A stretch of DNA of 64,000 nt from Polyangiales bacterium (GTDB taxonomy: Bacteria > Myxococcota_A > Polyangia > Polyangiales > Polyangiaceae). Location: assembly GCA_038231275.1 (NCBI GenBank), contig JBBRLQ010000028.1, forward strand, positions 1 through 64,000, written 5' to 3'. Both the position numbers and the translations under genes were made by a program. How positions within the stretch are numbered: the first letter of the stretch is position 1; each line of letters opens with the position of its first letter. The notes under the pieces are model-generated. The model was not told where the DNA came from and did not search any database. It saw only the letters and a program-made list of their open reading frames with translations. This document shows positions 8,265-17,957 of the stretch, piece after piece.

Positions 8265-8280
8265 AGCAACGGTCATGCCG
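8265..8280 (-). promoter_or_regulatory. sigma54-like promoter of heptad-repeat gene
   Basis: Minus strand CGGCAT-GACCG-TTGCT, 28 nt upstream of ATG 8236. Confidence 0.65.
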
Positions 8281-8476
8281 TGCTTCTTCCCACGCCGTTT
8301 CGCCCGTTTACGCACCGAATCGGTGGACGCACCCACGTCCACCGATGCACACAAAAGTTCATGGCTAACCGCCGTGCAACGCACGGCTCGCCGATCGGCG
8401 ATGCGGGGAGGCTCACCCGCCCGGCGGGTGAGGGACCGCAGGCCCACCAGCGACGTCAATTTTCACTGCGTGTTCC

Positions 8477-9250
8477 TCACGCAGTGAAAATCCCACTGAC
8501 CTCGGCGAGGATGTCCGCTTCCTTCATCTCCTTCGCCAGCGCCAGCTCCTTCATGAGGATGCTCTTGGCCTGATCGAGGAGGCGACGCTCGCCGAAGGAC
8601 AGGTCCTTGTCGAACTTGAGGCGGTACATGTCACGGAGGACCTTGGCGATCTCGTGCGGCTCGCCGCTCTTGATCATCTCGGTGTACGCGCGAAAGCGGC
8701 GGCTCCATGGCTGGAGATCGACGGCGACCTCGCGCGCGCGCATCGTTTCGAGGACGCGATCGGCGTCCTTCGCCGTCATGATCGCGCGCAGCTGCGCGCC
8801 GGTGGACCCGACGGGGACCATCACCTTCATGCCGTTGTCGAGGATCTTGATGACGTAGAAGTCGTTCGTCGTGCCGCCGATCTCGCGGCGCTCGATCGCC
8901 ATCACCTCGCCGACGCCGTGCGCCGGGTGGACGGCCTTGTCGCCGACCTTCAGCTTGATCGGCGGGCCAGGGGGAGGCGGCGGCATCGTCGACGCGGGCC
9001 GGAGGCTCGGCGGCCGAGAGGGGCGCATCGAGGGCGGCGGCACGGAGGCCGGGCGCTCGGGCGCCTGCGCCTGAACCGGCGGAGGGGGAGGCTGCGACGG
9101 AGCGCGCGGCGGTTGCGACGGGGTTCGCGACGGCGAGGCGACCGGCTTGGTGGCCACGGGCGGCTTGGCAGAGGTGCGCTTCGGGAGCGGACGGGCGGGG
9201 GCGGCGGGGGTGGAAGGGGTGCGGGCTGCGGTGGTGCGGGGGGCAGGCAT
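8477..9250 (-). CDS. CarD/CdnL-family transcription factor with long Pro-rich N-terminal extension
   Basis: LKVGDKAVHPAHGVGEV, MKVMVPV, conserved Trp in PWSRRFRAY, KDLSFGERRLLDQAKSILMKELA. Confidence 0.92.
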   Translation of the reverse strand: MPAPRTTAARTPSTPAAPARPLPKRTSAKPPVATKPVASPSRTPSQPPRAPSQPPPPPVQAQAPERPASVPPPSMRPSRPPSLRPASTMPPPPPGPPIKLKVGDKAVHPAHGVGEVMAIERREIGGTTNDFYVIKILDNGMKVMVPVGSTGAQLRAIMTAKDADRVLETMRAREVAVDLQPWSRRFRAYTEMIKSGEPHEIAKVLRDMYRLKFDKDLSFGERRLLDQAKSILMKELALAKEMKEADILAEVSGIFTA

Positions 9251-9328
9251 TTTGCGGCGGAGACCTCGTTCCCTTGCGCGGGGTCGCGGACGGGTTGCGG
9301 GGGCCGTAACACTGCTAGGGAACGGGCG

Positions 9329-10423
9329 TCAACGGACCGGACGCATGGGCGGCTCGACAGCTCCTCCATAGCGCATGAATTCATCCACTTGCGCGTCGAT
9401 CGCCGCGTGCAATCCGCGGGTCACCGCGAGGGCGTCGACCGTCAGGTCCAGGACGATGGCGTCCGGTTGGGTCCGAGCCTTCACGGCGCCGAGCGGATGA
9501 TCGAGCCCGCACAGCCGACCCAGCGACGAGGCGCCGACGGTACCGGCGACCGCGAGGAGGCGATCGGCGGCCGCCGGCGCGTCGTCTTTCCACGCTCCGA
9601 GGAGTGCCACCGTCACGTCGGCAGGGGTCGCGGTGCCGTTCGACGTGGCGCCTCGCGTCTGCGGAAAACGAACCGCGATCGCGACCGCGGTCGTCGCCGC
9701 GAGCAGGCCACCCAGCCCGCGCCCGTCTTCGCCCTCGAACGGCCCCGGCGCGAACCACCGCAGCGGCGCGTCGCCGACGATCGCCGCCGCGCGCGCGAGA
9801 AGCGGCGTTCGGAGCGCCGGCGCCGCTTTCTTCAGCCGCCCTTCGGCGAACAGCTCGACGACGCGCACGCCCCCGAGCTTCCCCTGCTCCAGTGCGACGG
9901 CGTCGTTCCCCAAGAGCACGAGCTGCTCCCGCCCGCCGGTCGCCTCTCCCCACGTGCGCACGATCTGGCCTTCGAGATCTCCGGTGCGATCGATCGCACG
10001 GCCTGTGACCTCGTGGAGGTGCGCGGTGAACGCCGCCTCGACGCGCGCCGGCTCGAACCGCGCGCGCGCGACGAAGAGTGTGCTCTCCGCGTACCGCGCG
10101 ACCGCGAGCTCGTCGATCGTCCGCACGTCGACGCCGTTGCGATTCGCGAACGCGGTGAGCCGCGCCTCCGAGACGAGCTCGCTCACGGCGGGGATCAGCT
10201 CCGCGCGCGCCGCGATCTCGCGCGGACGCGCCAGGACGAGGAAGGAGAGTCCCGCGGCGGGCACCAGCTCGTCCACCGGCGCAAGGTGGAGGGGCGGAGC
10301 CTTGGGCGTGACGTCGCGCGGTCTCGGTGAGCCTCCGCACGCGAGCGGCGAGAGAGGCGAGATCGCGACAAACGCGACAAACGCGACGAGGAGCGACGCG
10401 AGCGCGCCCCGCACGCGCCTCAA
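9329..10423 (-). CDS. Hypothetical lipoprotein
   Basis: Hydrophobic signal ending PLAC-GG lipobox; TTG start overlapping tyrS stop. Confidence 0.65.
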   Translation of the reverse strand: MRRVRGALASLLVAFVAFVAISPLSPLACGGSPRPRDVTPKAPPLHLAPVDELVPAAGLSFLVLARPREIAARAELIPAVSELVSEARLTAFANRNGVDVRTIDELAVARYAESTLFVARARFEPARVEAAFTAHLHEVTGRAIDRTGDLEGQIVRTWGEATGGREQLVLLGNDAVALEQGKLGGVRVVELFAEGRLKKAAPALRTPLLARAAAIVGDAPLRWFAPGPFEGEDGRGLGGLLAATTAVAIAVRFPQTRGATSNGTATPADVTVALLGAWKDDAPAAADRLLAVAGTVGASSLGRLCGLDHPLGAVKARTQPDAIVLDLTVDALAVTRGLHAAIDAQVDEFMRYGGAVEPPMRPVR

Positions 10424-11661
10424 GAAGCGACCGTGACGTATGCGAAGCGCCGGTTCTTCGAGCCGACCTTGAGGAGGTAGCGTTTGCCCACTTCGAGCTG
10501 CAGGTTCGGATCGCTCACGCGCGCGCGATCTAGCTCGACGCCGCCCTGCTCGACGAGCCGCTTTCCTTCGCCGGTGGACTTGACGAGCCCCGCTGCGCTG
10601 AGCGCCTTCGCGATCCAGAGCGTCGCCTGCTCGGTCTTCACGGTGTGCTCCGCGATGTCGGTCGGCAGCTCGTCGGCCAAGTACGCCTTCTCGAAATCGC
10701 CGCGCGCCGCCTTCGCCGCGGCCTCGCCATGGAAACGCGTGATGAGCTCGCGCGCGAACTCGTGCTTCGCCGCCATCGGATCGCCGGAGCCCTTGAGCGC
10801 AACGATCGCATCGTTCGACTTGGACGAAAGGAGCTCGAAATACCGATAAATCACCTGATCGTCGATCTGGAGGACCTTCCTGTACATCGTGAGCGGCGCC
10901 TCCAAGAGGCCGATGTAGTTGTCGGCGCTCTTGCTCATCTTCTTACCGACGACCTTGCCGTTCTCGATCTTCGCGTCGATGCCCTCGAGGATCGGCGTCG
11001 TCATCACCATCTGCGCGCGCTTGCCGTACTTGGGCATGATGTCGCGGCCGACGAGGAGGTTGAAGAGCTGGTCGGTGCCGCCGAGCTCGATGTCCGACTC
11101 GAGCGCGACGGAGTCGTACGCTTGGAGGAGCGGGTAGAGGAACTCGTGCTGGTAGATGGGCTTTTGCTTGGCGAAGCGCTCGCCGAAGTCGTTCCTCTCC
11201 AGCATGCGCGACACGGTCATCTTCGCCATGAGCTCGAAGATCTCGGACGGCGTCATCTTGTCGAGCCACTCGGAGTTGTAGCGGAGCTCGGTCTTGTCGC
11301 CGTCGAGGATGAGGAACGCCTGCTTCGTGTACGTCACAGCGGCCTCGCGCACTTGCTCGCGCGTGAGGCGGGGGCGCAGATCGTTCTGGCCGGTCGGATC
11401 GCCGACGGTGGCCGTCACGTCGCCGACCAGGAAGATGACCTTGTGCCCCAGATCCTGGAACTGGCGCAGCTTGTTCATGAGCACCGCGTGACCGAGGTGC
11501 AGATCGGGGCGCGTGGGATCGAAGCCCGCCTTCACGCGGAGCGGCGCGCCGGTCTCACGCGATTTGCCGAGGCGCTCCTGGAGCTCCGCGCGCACGTGCA
11601 GATCGACGACGCCGCGGGTGAGGAGGGCGAGCTGTTCCTCGACGGGGGGGAACGTGGACAT
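10420..11661 (-). CDS. tyrS: Tyrosine--tRNA ligase
   Basis: KAGFDPTRPDLHLGH (HIGH), YPLLQAYD, ELGGTDQLFN, KMSKS, C-terminal S4 domain. Confidence 0.97.
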   Translation of the reverse strand: MSTFPPVEEQLALLTRGVVDLHVRAELQERLGKSRETGAPLRVKAGFDPTRPDLHLGHAVLMNKLRQFQDLGHKVIFLVGDVTATVGDPTGQNDLRPRLTREQVREAAVTYTKQAFLILDGDKTELRYNSEWLDKMTPSEIFELMAKMTVSRMLERNDFGERFAKQKPIYQHEFLYPLLQAYDSVALESDIELGGTDQLFNLLVGRDIMPKYGKRAQMVMTTPILEGIDAKIENGKVVGKKMSKSADNYIGLLEAPLTMYRKVLQIDDQVIYRYFELLSSKSNDAIVALKGSGDPMAAKHEFARELITRFHGEAAAKAARGDFEKAYLADELPTDIAEHTVKTEQATLWIAKALSAAGLVKSTGEGKRLVEQGGVELDRARVSDPNLQLEVGKRYLLKVGSKNRRFAYVTVAS

Positions 11662-11712
11662 GCCCCCTATGTAGCAAATCTCAAGGAGCTGCGATCGTCG
11701 CGATGCGCGCGC

Positions 11713-12891
11713 TCAGGGCGCGATGTCGAGGATGTGGTTGTCGCAGCCACCGGGCGAAGAGTCGTCGACGCCGACGCGGTCCTTGGTCGCGCAGCCGGCC
11801 TTGTCGCTCGCGTCGGTGCGGAGAAGATGCGGCACGGCCTTCTCGAGCATCGCAACGACCGTCGCGTCCGGTAGGACAGAGCCGGAGTAGGGCTTCGGCC
11901 CGGCGCTCAGCATCGCCCACGCAGGGCTCACTTGCTTCAGGAACGCCGAGCGCGTCGACGTCTGCGAGCCGTGATGCCCGACCTGCAGGATGTCCACGTC
12001 GATTTCGGCCGCGTGGTTTTGCAGCAGATCGCCCTCGGCGAGCGACGGCGTCGCATCGAGCGGTTGCGACGGAGCCCCCGCCATCGCGTCGCCCGTCAAG
12101 AGGAGGCTCGTGCTGCCGAGGTCGACGCGGACGACAAGCGAGTTCATGTTCGCGTTCTGCGGATACGACTGCGTGTCGGCGTGCAGGATCTTGAAGTGCG
12201 CGCCCACGCCGAGCGTGGCGGTGTCCTCCGCTTTGAAGGACGTCCACTTCACGCCGGCCGGCATGGTGATTTTCTCGCCGTTCACGTCCTGACTCCGATT
12301 GCCCGGAACCGGCAACGCGGTGTGGTACGCGAGGTTGGGCGTCTCGGCGGCGGCCTTGAGCATCGCGCCGTAGGCCTGGTTGTCGTAGCCCTGGCCGGGC
12401 TCCCAGAGGTTCTTCACGTCGTAGCAGTGGAGGACCTCGTCGAGCGCCGCGACGTGATCGTCGTGCGGGTGGCTCAAGAAGACGTGATCGATCGCGATCT
12501 TCTTGCCGGCTGAGTCAGGCCACGTGTCGCCGTCCGGCTGGCACGCGCTCTCGCCGGAGGGGCCGAGCGCGGCGTGGAGGTACGCGAGGAGGCGGCTCTT
12601 GTTGCTCGAGGCCGTGAGGCCGCGCGCGTCGTCGCCCGATCCGCCGTCGAAGAGCATCGTGAAGTCGGCGCCCTGCACCAAGATCGCGAGGCCGGAGCCG
12701 ACGTCGATCATGTGGATGCGGTAGTGCTTCGCGGTCGGCGGCTTGGACGGGATGTCGGCGACCGCGGCCGCGACCTTGTCCTTCACGCGCGAATTCGTGG
12801 CGTCGTCGTCGGTGCTGCCCTCTTGGGGCGCGGCCGCGCTGCACGCCGCGACGAGTCCGGTGAGCACGAAGGCTAGGGGGCGGAGTGTCAT
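11713..12891 (-). CDS. ComEC/Rec2-type metallo-beta-lactamase-fold lipoprotein (putative nuclease)
   Basis: Lipobox VAAC; IDVGSGLA, LSHPHDDH, NMNSLVVR, LLTGD, QVGHHGS, LRTD; no ComEC membrane domain. Confidence 0.85.
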   Translation of the reverse strand: MTLRPLAFVLTGLVAACSAAAPQEGSTDDDATNSRVKDKVAAAVADIPSKPPTAKHYRIHMIDVGSGLAILVQGADFTMLFDGGSGDDARGLTASSNKSRLLAYLHAALGPSGESACQPDGDTWPDSAGKKIAIDHVFLSHPHDDHVAALDEVLHCYDVKNLWEPGQGYDNQAYGAMLKAAAETPNLAYHTALPVPGNRSQDVNGEKITMPAGVKWTSFKAEDTATLGVGAHFKILHADTQSYPQNANMNSLVVRVDLGSTSLLLTGDAMAGAPSQPLDATPSLAEGDLLQNHAAEIDVDILQVGHHGSQTSTRSAFLKQVSPAWAMLSAGPKPYSGSVLPDATVVAMLEKAVPHLLRTDASDKAGCATKDRVGVDDSSPGGCDNHILDIAP

Positions 12892-13059
12892 GATGTAGGC
12901 AATACACGCATACAGTGTGCCCGCCCGCCCCACCAGAGAAATATTGGGCAATCTGCCCTATCCCCGATGCAGATGGACCACCGCGCCGGATCGTCGATGA
13001 TCCTCCCCGCTCCCGCTCCGCGCCCACGATGGCCCCCTCAGGAGCCAGAGGAGTCAGCG

Positions 13060-13377
13060 TCAGTCGTCGGAGTCGTCGCCGCCCGTGATGGCGAGGTGTC
13101 GGCTGTTGTTCACGAGCTCCTTGAGCTCTTTGCCGACCTTGAAGAAGGGGAGTCGCTTCGCCGGCACCGGGACCGGAGCCCCCGTGCGCGGGTTGCGTCC
13201 GGAGTAGGGCTTGTACGGACGGACCGTAAAGCTCCCAAATCCCCGGATCTCGATTCCTTCACCGCGCTGCAACGACTCGGTCATCGAGTCGAAGACGCAG
13301 TTGACCACGAGCTCCGCGCGAGCCTTCGTGAGCTCGGTTCGCGCGGCGAGGGCGTCGATGAGTTCGCTTTTCGTCAT
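13060..13377 (-). CDS. ihfB: Integration host factor / HU-family DNA-binding protein (IHF beta-like)
   Basis: MTKSELI…IEIRGFGSF…GRNPRTG…PFFKVGKELKELVN. Confidence 0.85.
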   Translation of the reverse strand: MTKSELIDALAARTELTKARAELVVNCVFDSMTESLQRGEGIEIRGFGSFTVRPYKPYSGRNPRTGAPVPVPAKRLPFFKVGKELKELVNNSRHLAITGGDDSDD

Positions 13378-13494
13378 GATCAATCGTCTGAGTCGTGAGC
13401 GCCGAGGAGCGCGCGCCGACGGCTACTGTCCCAGGGGATGTTCGAAGGTCCGAAGATCGCTCTTAAAATCGGTAACAGAGCCACCGTGGAATCG

Positions 13495-15537
13495 TCAATA
13501 ACGGCTTTCCGTTGCGTCGAGGGTCACGTAATCTATGGATATTTCACGGTTTGTAGTGATCTCTAGGAACGCCTTTGGAGGAACGAGGTTCGCCAACTGC
13601 TCGGGAAGACGCTCGGATTGGTCCCGCGCGCCGTCTTTCCACGACCACGTCGCGAGCGGTCGATCGCGCGCATGTTGGACGCGGAGGCTTCCATCGCCGC
13701 CCGAGCCGCGGTGAACAATCGCCGGACGAATGCGCCACAGACCCGCGTGTGGAACCGGTAGCTCGACCACGACGTGCGCTTCGCGATCGCGCGCCGCGAA
13801 GACTCCGAGCGCGGGGCCGGACGGAAGCCAGAGCGGAGTGGCCCAGCCGTCCGACTGACGAAGCGGCGGCCAATCGGCCTCCGTTTCGAACTTCCACGAC
13901 GCGTCGGTGAGCGCGCCGACGAACGGTGCGCGGAGAACGGACGGACCGTCTGCGCCGCCGACGCGGTACACGTTCGTGATCGGGTGGCCGAGGCGCGCGA
14001 CGAGGAGGCGATCGTGATCGTCGCCGCGAAGGCGCGCCGCGAGGACGCCTTTGCTCGGATCGACGCCGGGATCGTGCGCGAGCGCGAAGCCGTGATCGGT
14101 GTCGAGGAAGAGGAGGCCCGTCGTAACGTTCGCCTCGCGGAGCTTGTCGGGCTCGAACATCGGACGCCCGCCGTCGCGCGCCGCGAGCGCGAGGTGATCG
14201 TGGGACGCATGGACGGCGAACCCGGCGAGCGCGAGGGCGAGGAGCGCGTAGGCCCTTCGCAAGAAATCGACGCGCGGAAAGAGCTCGGCCACCGCGAGCG
14301 CGACGAGCGCGTGCTCGATCGGGAGGAGGTCCGCGAAGAAGCGCGCGCCGCCGCCCGGGTAATTTCCGTCGAAATAGAACGGCGCGTACGCGAGGACGTG
14401 CCCGACGAAGACGGTCTGCGCGAGGCGCGCGTTCTTCGTCTTCGGGAGAAAGACGAGGAGGGCCAGCGGCTCGAAGTTGGCGACGTCGGTGAGGTGCATG
14501 CGCAGGCGACGGAGCGTCGTGCCGAGCGCCGCGACGAGGCCGTATCCATCGCGGAGGCGCGCATCGACGAAGTCGCCGTGCTCGAAGACGCAGCCGACGC
14601 CCGCTCCGAAGCCGTAACGGAAGCAGCCCGGGGGGCCGTCGCTCGCCGCGTAGTAGGCGAGCTGCGGGCTGCCGAAGAACGAGCCTGTGGCGGCTCGGTT
14701 GCTGGCACACAGGAGGAGGAGGCCCGGAATCGCCGCCGCGGCGGTCCACGCCAGCGCTCGTCCGCGCGCGGTCCCGCCCCACGCCATCACGAGGACGAGG
14801 GCGCCGATCGGAAGCGCGCTGACCGGGCGCGTCGCGAGCGCCCATCCGACCATCGCGCCGGCGAGCGCGAAGAAACGAAGCAGGCCCGTGCGGCGCCCGG
14901 CGAGCGCGCTCCCGAAGGCGATCGTGATCGCGAGCGCCGTCGCGCCGTGCGCCATCGTGTCCGCCGTGTGGTAGCGGAGCGCCGCGCATGCCACCGAGAG
15001 GATCGTCGCCAGGCGCGCGATGCGCTCTTCTTCGGCGTGACCACGCGCGAGCTCGCGCGCCGCGAAATAGGTCGCTGCGGCGAGTCCAGCGGCGAGGAAG
15101 GGTCCGATCACCATCGGCGCCCCGACCTTGAAGCCGAGCGCGAGCAGGAGCGGATATCCCGGCGGAAAAATCCCGGCGATCGTGCCGGGCTCATGGAAGA
15201 GGAGGAACCGCCCGCGGAAGCTCGCCGAGACCTCGGGCACCGCCCACGCGAACGAGCCGGGAGAGAGGGCGCGCGCTTGTAGAAAATACGTCGTCGCGTC
15301 GATGATGCGCGGGCCGCCGCGAAGGTAGTGGGCGACGTATCCGAGCGACAGGAACGCCGCGACGAAGCCGGCGATCAGGATGAAGCGACCACGCGGCTGC
15401 GGCTCGGCATGAAGGCGCGCGGGGAGCAGAACACGAAGGGCGAGGTAGCCGGCGAGGCCGAGCGCGATCCACGCCGGCAGATCGGCGGGGCGATGCCACG
15501 TGCCAAGGAGCTGCGCGAGCCGCGACGCCGGCGCCAT
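13495..15537 (-). CDS. Multi-TM GT-C fold glycosyltransferase-like protein
   Basis: Start MAPASRLAQ at 15537; luminal loop IIDATTYFLQA, FPPGYPLLLA, many TMs, ARFF motif, soluble C-terminal domain. Confidence 0.7.
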   Translation of the reverse strand: MAPASRLAQLLGTWHRPADLPAWIALGLAGYLALRVLLPARLHAEPQPRGRFILIAGFVAAFLSLGYVAHYLRGGPRIIDATTYFLQARALSPGSFAWAVPEVSASFRGRFLLFHEPGTIAGIFPPGYPLLLALGFKVGAPMVIGPFLAAGLAAATYFAARELARGHAEEERIARLATILSVACAALRYHTADTMAHGATALAITIAFGSALAGRRTGLLRFFALAGAMVGWALATRPVSALPIGALVLVMAWGGTARGRALAWTAAAAIPGLLLLCASNRAATGSFFGSPQLAYYAASDGPPGCFRYGFGAGVGCVFEHGDFVDARLRDGYGLVAALGTTLRRLRMHLTDVANFEPLALLVFLPKTKNARLAQTVFVGHVLAYAPFYFDGNYPGGGARFFADLLPIEHALVALAVAELFPRVDFLRRAYALLALALAGFAVHASHDHLALAARDGGRPMFEPDKLREANVTTGLLFLDTDHGFALAHDPGVDPSKGVLAARLRGDDHDRLLVARLGHPITNVYRVGGADGPSVLRAPFVGALTDASWKFETEADWPPLRQSDGWATPLWLPSGPALGVFAARDREAHVVVELPVPHAGLWRIRPAIVHRGSGGDGSLRVQHARDRPLATWSWKDGARDQSERLPEQLANLVPPKAFLEITTNREISIDYVTLDATESRY

Positions 15538-15539
15538 GA

Positions 15540-17783
15540 CTACTGCGTGACCCACACGTGGTAGTCGATGAAGTCGTCGGGGCCGTCGTTCGCGAGCTCG
15601 ACCTCGAGGTCGGCGGTCACCTTCTCGGTCGGCACCGTCGCCTCCTTCTCCACCCAGCCCTCCGTGCGCTCGAAGACGATGCGATCGACCTCCTCGCCGC
15701 CGGTGCGAACGCGCACGCTTGCGCGGCCGTCGGGAGCGCTTCGCACGACGAGGTGCGCGGCGCGACCTCGCGCGAGGCCGCGGAGGACGAACCGCTCGCT
15801 CCGCCCTTTTCCGATCCGGCGGCCGCCGTCGAACATGTCGGCGCTGGCCTCTTGCGGGTCCGGGAGGATCTTCATGTCGGTCCAGCCGCCGGCCGGGCGC
15901 GGGAAGACGTAGTCGTGCTCCTTTTCGCTGAGCAGATCGGCGACGTCGAGGGTGTCGATCACGCGCATGTCGAACGCCGGCATCGCGCGGAGGCGGTTGC
16001 CGGTGCCGAGGAGGTGCCAGTCGGCCTTGTAGACGACGTCCTCGTAGCCGCCGCAAATGACGTTGCCTTCGGCGGGAAAGCGCGCGATCTCGGCGCTCGT
16101 GAACCACGTCGGAAGCACACCCCACCAGCTCGGGTAGATCGCGAGGAGGTCGGGGCGGTCGGCGGCCGCGACGTGCTCCATCAGCTCCAGCGTCGCGGGC
16201 AAGCCATGGACGCCCGCGCGCGCGAACGGGAGCTTGCCGAGGCCGCCGAGACCGATGATGTCGAGGCCGAGGCGATCGGACGCGTAGATGAGCGCGCCCG
16301 CGTCGCCCACGAGCACCCGTCGCGGCTTTTGCGTCGCGAGCCAGCGGCCGGCGGTGACGTGCTGGTCGCGGATGTTGCGGCTCGCGCGCCCGAAGAACCA
16401 GCGCTGGTCGCGCATCTTGTGCTCTTGGTGCGCGTACGCGAGCACGACCGCCGCGGACACCGCAACGAGGCGCGCCGGCCAGTAGCGAAGGACGAGCGCC
16501 GCCGCGAGCCCTGCGCCCAGCGCCAGGATCCACGCGAGACGGAACGACGGATCCTCGCCGCTCGGCCTCACCGAGAGCGCCACGAGCTGCGCGCACAACG
16601 CGCCGCCGAGCGCCATCGTGACGACGCGCGGCCGGTTCTCCCGCTGCGCGAGCGCCGTCGCGCCGACCGCGGCGAGGAGAATGAGCCACGCGACGCCCGG
16701 CATCGTGTAACGCTCGTTCTGCCAGCGGACCTGCCCGTTCATCGCGACCATCGCGAACCATCCGACCATCTGGAGGAGGAGCAGCACCGCCACCTTCCGC
16801 GTCTTCGGGATGGCGAGCGCGGCGAGCGCCAGCGCGGGGACCAGGAAGTCGACGCGCGCATCGTCGGTGAAGTGGTACTCGAGGTTCCGAAGGATCGCGT
16901 ACTTCAGGTTGAATGTGTAGTCTGCAAGCTTCTCCTCCGGCGTGAGGAAGGGGTTGTTGACGGCGAGCTTCACGATGGCGCCGTTGGCCGTCCATTCGCC
17001 GGTGAGGGCGCGGTTCGCGAAGGTCTGCGCCACGAGCAGCGCGGCGGGGAGGGTGCCGGCGCGGACGAGGGTGAGGAGCGCCGCACGTCGCCCCGCGCGC
17101 CGAAGGACGCCCCACGCGGCGACGAGCCCGAACGCCGCGATCGTCGTCACTGCCTCGGGGCGCGTCACGACGAGGAGGCCGCCCGCGGCGCCGAGCCACC
17201 ATCCGCGGCGGTCGATCTCGGTGACGTGCGCCTCTTCGAGCGCGCGCCACGCGACGAGGGCGATCGCCCACGTACCGAGGAAGAACGCGACCTCCATCCC
17301 GCTCCAGAGCGACCAGTCGAGCGCGCCGAGCCAGAAGAACGCCGGCGGCGCGAACCAACTCGCCCCTCGATTCGTGAACAGCGGACGCACGGCGAGGAGG
17401 AGGCCAAAGCAGCACATCGCCGCGACGATCGCCGCCCACACCATGATCGACAGATCGCGGAAGCCAACGAGGTAGCCTGCCGCGAGCACGAACGGATACG
17501 AGAGGCTGGTGTTGCCCGACGAGTAGCCGTTGCCGACGACCCACTCGAACGGGTGCCCCGCCGCCGTCGCGCGCGCGTAGTCGAAGTGGATGAAGACGTC
17601 GTCCAGCGGCGCGCTCCACTCGCCGCCGGTCTGCTTCATGAGGGAGCCGTAAAAGGCCCGCGCGCTCGCCAGCGTCCACGTCGCCGCCCAGAGGACGTAG
17701 AGCGGCCGGTCCGCGCGCGCACACCAGGGGAGGAGCGCGGCGACCACGGCCCGGACGCGAGAGCTCGGTGACGACGACGACAT
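15540..17783 (-). CDS. Multi-TM GT-C fold glycosyltransferase-like protein
   Basis: Start MSSSSPSS at 17783; LDDVFIHFDYA, GNTSLSY, SGME, TRPEA, ERY, DAGA…DIIGL motifs. Confidence 0.75.
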   Translation of the reverse strand: MSSSSPSSRVRAVVAALLPWCARADRPLYVLWAATWTLASARAFYGSLMKQTGGEWSAPLDDVFIHFDYARATAAGHPFEWVVGNGYSSGNTSLSYPFVLAAGYLVGFRDLSIMVWAAIVAAMCCFGLLLAVRPLFTNRGASWFAPPAFFWLGALDWSLWSGMEVAFFLGTWAIALVAWRALEEAHVTEIDRRGWWLGAAGGLLVVTRPEAVTTIAAFGLVAAWGVLRRAGRRAALLTLVRAGTLPAALLVAQTFANRALTGEWTANGAIVKLAVNNPFLTPEEKLADYTFNLKYAILRNLEYHFTDDARVDFLVPALALAALAIPKTRKVAVLLLLQMVGWFAMVAMNGQVRWQNERYTMPGVAWLILLAAVGATALAQRENRPRVVTMALGGALCAQLVALSVRPSGEDPSFRLAWILALGAGLAAALVLRYWPARLVAVSAAVVLAYAHQEHKMRDQRWFFGRASRNIRDQHVTAGRWLATQKPRRVLVGDAGALIYASDRLGLDIIGLGGLGKLPFARAGVHGLPATLELMEHVAAADRPDLLAIYPSWWGVLPTWFTSAEIARFPAEGNVICGGYEDVVYKADWHLLGTGNRLRAMPAFDMRVIDTLDVADLLSEKEHDYVFPRPAGGWTDMKILPDPQEASADMFDGGRRIGKGRSERFVLRGLARGRAAHLVVRSAPDGRASVRVRTGGEEVDRIVFERTEGWVEKEATVPTEKVTADLEVELANDGPDDFIDYHVWVTQ

Positions 17784-17957
17784 TTTGGCAGCGCCGCTCT
17801 GGCTTCTAGAGCAACCGTCCCCCGAAGGGAACGGTTGCTCTCGCTGGTGGGTCGCTCCAGTCGTTTGCCCGCCGCGGTCGAACGACTTCTGCTCGATCGC
17901 GTAAAGACACGCAAAACCAGGTTGAGGATTCGACAAGAGACGAGTTAACTGCGGCGC

